Shown: positions 60,001-64,000 of the stretch, piece by piece
Layout: each line of letters starts with the position of its first letter
Position numbering within the stretch: position 1 is the stretch's first letter
DNA from: Phoronis australis
Taxonomy: Eukaryota > Animalia > Phoronida
Assembly: GCA_002633005.1 (NCBI GenBank)
Contig: NMRA01000028.1
Span: 1,015,556 to 1,079,555, forward strand
Reading direction: 5' to 3'
Length of the DNA: 64,000 bases
Notes under the pieces: model-generated
What the model was told of the DNA's origin: nothing
What the model saw: only the letters and a program-made list of their open reading frames with translations
Databases searched by the model: none
Program-made: the position numbers and the translations under genes

Positions 60001-63000
60001 CAATCTCTCCATTCTGTTCTCGCTGCCCTGCTCCATAAAGTTTTATTGTGGCCACTAGTATTAGGACACTGCACGGTGACTGAGAGAGACACCATCTTTG
60101 AAAACAATTACTGACAAGTCGTGGAGTATGACACGTGTCCCTGGCAGTTGTCAAAATTGTCTGTTTTTCTCATGTTCATGTAGAAAGTCTCTATCCTTTA
60201 TGGACCACATTCTGTGAATGCAGTGGAATCTGTTCATAGGTGGAGCCTTTATTTGCACATAAAAGTCATCATTGATTACATCGGGTTCTGCTAGCTTTAC
60301 TCTGATCATAGCTGTTTTCATCTATTAAGCAATACTTTTAGCACGCACGTTTCATATAGGCAATCTTACTTAAAAATATTTTGTAAGTAAAGTATGTGCG
60401 ACATCATTTGGTTTCCCATTGTTGATAGCTGTCAACTTACACTCAGTTGTCAAATGACCGTTTGTTCGAATGCTTTCGCGTTTCAATAACATTGTGTTTG
60501 AAGCGACAATAGAGCCTTCAACTGCGCCACGGCGACAAATAGTTCCGACCTGGCAGTCACCTCCATACAACAAACACGTTTTATTTGCTTTATGCAAATA
60601 GTTAGCTTCATTTCCCTTAATAGTTAGCTGGACCATTCCCTAAAAGGTATCATGGCTTTATTAAGTATAACTGTAATGTGTCCTCACTTGACTACTGTTT
60701 CACACAAGTCTGCCCTGTGTCCACTTGCAAGTATTTGATGGATGAGAGCATATGGTCTGACCAGAAGGGTCATAAATTAAAGTTGATTGTTTACCTGTGG
60801 TATTGTGCACTTGATGTTTACTGACTTGATACTGACCAGGTAGGCTTCTGTAGTATGTAGCTGTGTCTGCAGTCTCTAGAGTCACACCACCAGTCCCTTT
60901 AGTAGATGGTTTGTCAACATTCTGACCAAATTTATTCAGGGGCACCTCTGGTTTGCATGTTCCCTGTGAAGTCATTGGATGACTGGGGATCACTTGTATA
61001 TGACGAGATCTAATTACTGATAAAAATCAACCACATCCCAACTTAGGAATGATGGCCTCATGAACAGGTCAGATACAGGACAGTGGGCTGGCCAGTTCAT
61101 TAGCCAAACTTTTATGACTGCCTGCAAGCATTCATGGCATGGATCTTTAGGGGGTAAATTTCTTAGCTATTAGATTTTTTTGTGAAATTTAGGAGACTGT
61201 GTTGCAGTGTTCTTATTAGGAGTGACATTGGGAAATTAGTTAAACATTAAGGTTTTTGTTTTAACGAAATGATCTAGTTTCGTTAAAATATGTTTACTGT
61301 TGCAGTATTGGTATGGTAAAATTTCACCAATTTAGAACACATTATGGCAGACACATGAATTTTATTTTCTCATTTTTTCATAAAGGATGTAGTACCAGTT
61401 TGATGCTTTGTCAGTTCTGTGCCATAGCTACCAACAGAAAATATAAAAATTGTGGGCATCTACAACACTGTTAAAAGCCCTTGATATGAAAAACCTGCAA
61501 GTTTGACAATTATTTCTGTCCGAAATTGGTGAAATTTTGTAGTGTACATACAGTTGGTACTAACCTGTACTTGGAAAATTGGAAGGTCAAGTTCATTTCA
61601 GATGATTATGTTATACTTAAGTGTAATTAAAACAAAAACAAAAAGATGTCTATTTTGCTGCAAAGACAGGACTTTGTTAGATTTTAATGGAGACATGCGT
61701 CTGACTATTTGATCTGATTAATGTTTTTTTTGGTTACTGACACCTTTTGCCCAGGGCTTTTAGAAACAATTGTATCTTGGTTGATCTGTCTGCTACTTTT
61801 TAAATCCACCAACAGCTGAATCACTCTCATTTTGATTATGTCCCCCAAGGGCAGCTTTCAAACAACAATTCTAGCACAAAAATTATCCAAAACAAGTAGT
61901 ATGATGAAGTGCATTTTTGTTGATGACCAATAGATTTTGTCCAATGGAACTGTCTAATTTGTGCCTTTTGTAATGACCCTTTTTTCGTATTGGAAAAAAA
62001 AATTGTTTTAGCAAACTTCAAACTGTCCAGTGCTTCTGTATTACTTTCTAAGTCATGTCCACCACGTGAAATACACATCCCAATTCCATAAATTACACCC
62101 ATTTTTGTTTTTGCCGGAAATCAGGGTATCTACTTTTATAAATTGGGAACAGGCCTTTTCGCTTCGTGCAAGCTTTATTGCGTGCAACTTATTAATGTTG
62201 TAAAGAAATAAGATTGCCCCGAGATTTGTCTAGAAATGGGCTTGTACTCCTCTTTTGCAATGCTGTTGCTGAATATGACTCAAATTTGTTTTAAATAGTA
62301 GCCAGTTGCCATCAAAACAAAGACATCTGTTTGTGGTAAATGATATTAGGATAGTTATGTTTCTTCCTATTCCATTAGGAGCCTGTTGACAGTGTATCCC
62401 TTTGCAGACTGTCCATCTCCTGTGGTTGTACAAATAAACAGTAGCTCTGTGCCCAAGGTTTGAGTTTGTTTTTCTGATTTACTCCAACCCCTGCCTTGTT
62501 AGGCTCTAGAGTTGAGGTTAACCAGTAGATTTGATAGGCACCTCTTACTCTGTGTGTGCAGTGCGAGTTCCAGGTGATAAGAGTGTGAAAAGACTACAAA
62601 CTGCACAGATTACTGGCCTTTCATGGGTTCAAACAGTTTTATCGCCAGTTATGTTGGAAAACTGAATTTAATAGCGCTCCTGGAATGCACCATTTTCTAT
62701 CAGCTGTGCTCCTCATGAACATTTGAGTATGTGCTCATGAATAATCTCAAGTGTCTAGTTATATTTAAAGTGTGCAATTTCAGCTGCTGAAAATTTGAAC
62801 TTTCCTGAGGTGTCAAATCAAAATAGGTCATGTCCTGCTCAGTTTACTTGTCATGTGAAGTTACCGAGCTCTATTTCGTTGACGTGCTTGTGATAACGGG
62901 GAAAATATCATCATCACTTAGTGTCTGCTGACTATGTTATCATAGTATTTGTCATGATAAGTCTTTTGCACAGATTTCTGGCACGACTTGTACTTAGGGA

Positions 63001-64000
63001 CTGTGCTTATCCTGGGATAACACTTAGTGTCGCCTGTCCCATGACAGGAATAGAATGCTCCTATCATGGCTTATCTCATAATGTGATAGGATTTGTAAAA
63101 AATGTTCAGGAACCTGTAAATCTGGGTAAAGGCTGTGGGACATAAAAGCTGTAGCATTACTGATTGGAGAGACATCTGGTGGCCATACCTTCACATTTTA
63201 TGGTTGGTGTTCTTTATATACTTTACACCTGTTGTCAGATATAATGATGAAGCAAAATAGTTTGAAGATATCATGGAAGCTTTTGACATTGTGGACCACA
63301 GATTAGGGATTTTAGTGTCTTCATTTGAGAGGTGTACTGTTCTTTATCTTGTCTGAGAATTGGTCTTGGAACAATAAACCAGGTTACCTCATGGCGTATT
63401 GTTATGTTAGTCATAAGTAGCGATTAATATACACTGGTCGTGGATGTCAAGTAAGATGTAAGAAAGTACTGATGACGTAAAGACTGAAAGTCAATGCTCT
63501 GTGATATGAATGTAACAAAGTGATAGTATGAATATTCTAATGTTCTTTTTGTTTGCACTGACTGTTGTTGTGTAACTCTTTTGCGTGAATGAATTTGCTG
63601 TTGAAATAATTTTTATAAATTGTATGATATGTCTCTGTCACTTCAGTATCTTGTTGATAATATCTCTAATTGGCATTTTATTTCTAGGCGACAACAGACA
63701 AATTGAGTACTCAATTTTGACGGGTGATGTCAAAGGTCAGTTCCGCATCAATAAAAACACTGGCGTCATATACACTGCGCAGCCATTGGATAGAGAAAAA
63801 CAACCTAGTTACAGTCTGACAGTTGTCGCCACGGACAAGCCCAGTGACTCTAGTCAGAGGCTGTCTAGTTCTGCTACTGTTGATATAATTCTGCAGGACG
63901 TCAATGATGAATATCCAGTGTTCACCTCACCAGACACTGTCTGGGTGTATGAGAACTCAAATGTGGGAACAACGGTGGCCACGATCCATGCACAGGACCT
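33911..64000 (+). CDS. FAT4: Protocadherin Fat4 / fat-like giant cadherin, 5' part, 6 coding exons in window, continues past 64000
   Basis: Signal peptide (YIYLILILFLCTFAQG) followed by tandem cadherin repeats (LDRE, DxNDNxPxF, AxDxG). Segments resembling Fat4/ft as I recall them: VVENWPIGH, FVSMNAA, QYYVTNV..VEVYAI, TDWGKNVFSL. Exons join in phase. Confidence 0.88.
48574..48904. mobile_element. GC-rich MITE (CAGGGACGGATCC...CCACTACTG) with nested CATGCG-type MITE at 48649-48805
   Basis: Degenerate outer TIRs; inner termini CATGCGTGCGCCCAG / CTGGGTGTGCGCATATG resemble the 29616 element. Confidence 0.55.
52414..52573. mobile_element. Second copy (left 160 bp) of the Harbinger-like MITE
   Basis: About 5 mismatches to 8574-8733; preceded by TTA; similarity stops exactly at the N at 52574. 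Confidence 0.8.
52924..52977. repeat. 26-bp tandem duplication TGCTCTTGTATTCAGTCCATGTTGCA
   Basis: Directly visible. Confidence 0.85.
55169..55367 (+). CDS. FAT4: FAT4 exon 2 (VSITLTDENDSAPVF...IEQSS)
   Basis: ttttag| and |gtaagt; completes the repeat left open by exon 1. Confidence 0.93.
56577..56765 (+). CDS. FAT4: FAT4 exon 3 (RISTTDNLDRE...DLNDNAPKF...DTSR)
   Basis: tgtcag| and |gtaggg; cadherin motifs. Confidence 0.93.
57748..57908 (+). CDS. FAT4: FAT4 exon 4 (TIVGYISASDND...TDWGKNVFSL...LDREQ)
   Basis: aacag| and CAG|gtaagc. Confidence 0.92.
59029..59233 (+). CDS. FAT4: FAT4 exon 5 (FEHYVITVKAEDKGSPP...DSNDNAPVF...ATDQDA)
   Basis: tcacag| and |gtaaga. Confidence 0.93.
63688..64000 (+). 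CDS. FAT4: FAT4 exon 6, partial (DNRQIEYSI...PLDRE...DVNDEYPVF...)
   Basis: Not in ORF track; hand translation; tttctag| acceptor; open to window end. Confidence 0.93.

Noticed and set aside
33911-64000. Dachsous, CELSR/flamingo or Fat1-3 identity for the cadherin
   Set aside because: Recalled motif order fits Fat4/ft better and the repeat count already exceeds CELSR; not formally excluded without a phylogeny
1-64000. Intronic snoRNA or known miRNA genes
   Set aside because: No convincing sense-strand C/D or H/ACA structure or known mature miRNA seen by eye; an Infernal/Rfam scan would be needed to exclude them

Overview
Eukaryotic (bilaterian invertebrate, probably protostome) genomic DNA, AT-rich, with two large intron-containing genes arranged head-to-head. 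Minus strand, 25981 to <1: the 5' part of a MYCBP2/Highwire/RPM-1 (PHR family) E3 ligase gene. I could chain 34 coding exons with GT-AG boundaries and continuous reading phase (about 1,710 aa: N-terminal region, RCC1-like domain, Cys-rich insert, PHR1, start of PHR2). Plus strand, 33911 to >64000: a Fat4/Drosophila fat-type giant protocadherin with a 5,151-bp first coding exon, a 16.1-kb intron and five further exons. Introns and the ~7.9-kb spacer hold several MITE families (hAT-like, PIF/Harbinger-like, foldback, nested), a tRNA-derived SINE head, minisatellites and two assembly gaps. I see no prokaryotic-type system such as CRISPR or operons, and no clearly new gene family. The best leads, all unverified, are the MYCBP2-FAT4 adjacency as a possible ancestral linkage, a possible GPI-like truncated Fat4 isoform from exon-1 read-through, and repeated frame-preserving duplications of MYCBP2 splice donors. 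Gene identities rest on remembered family motifs, not database searches.
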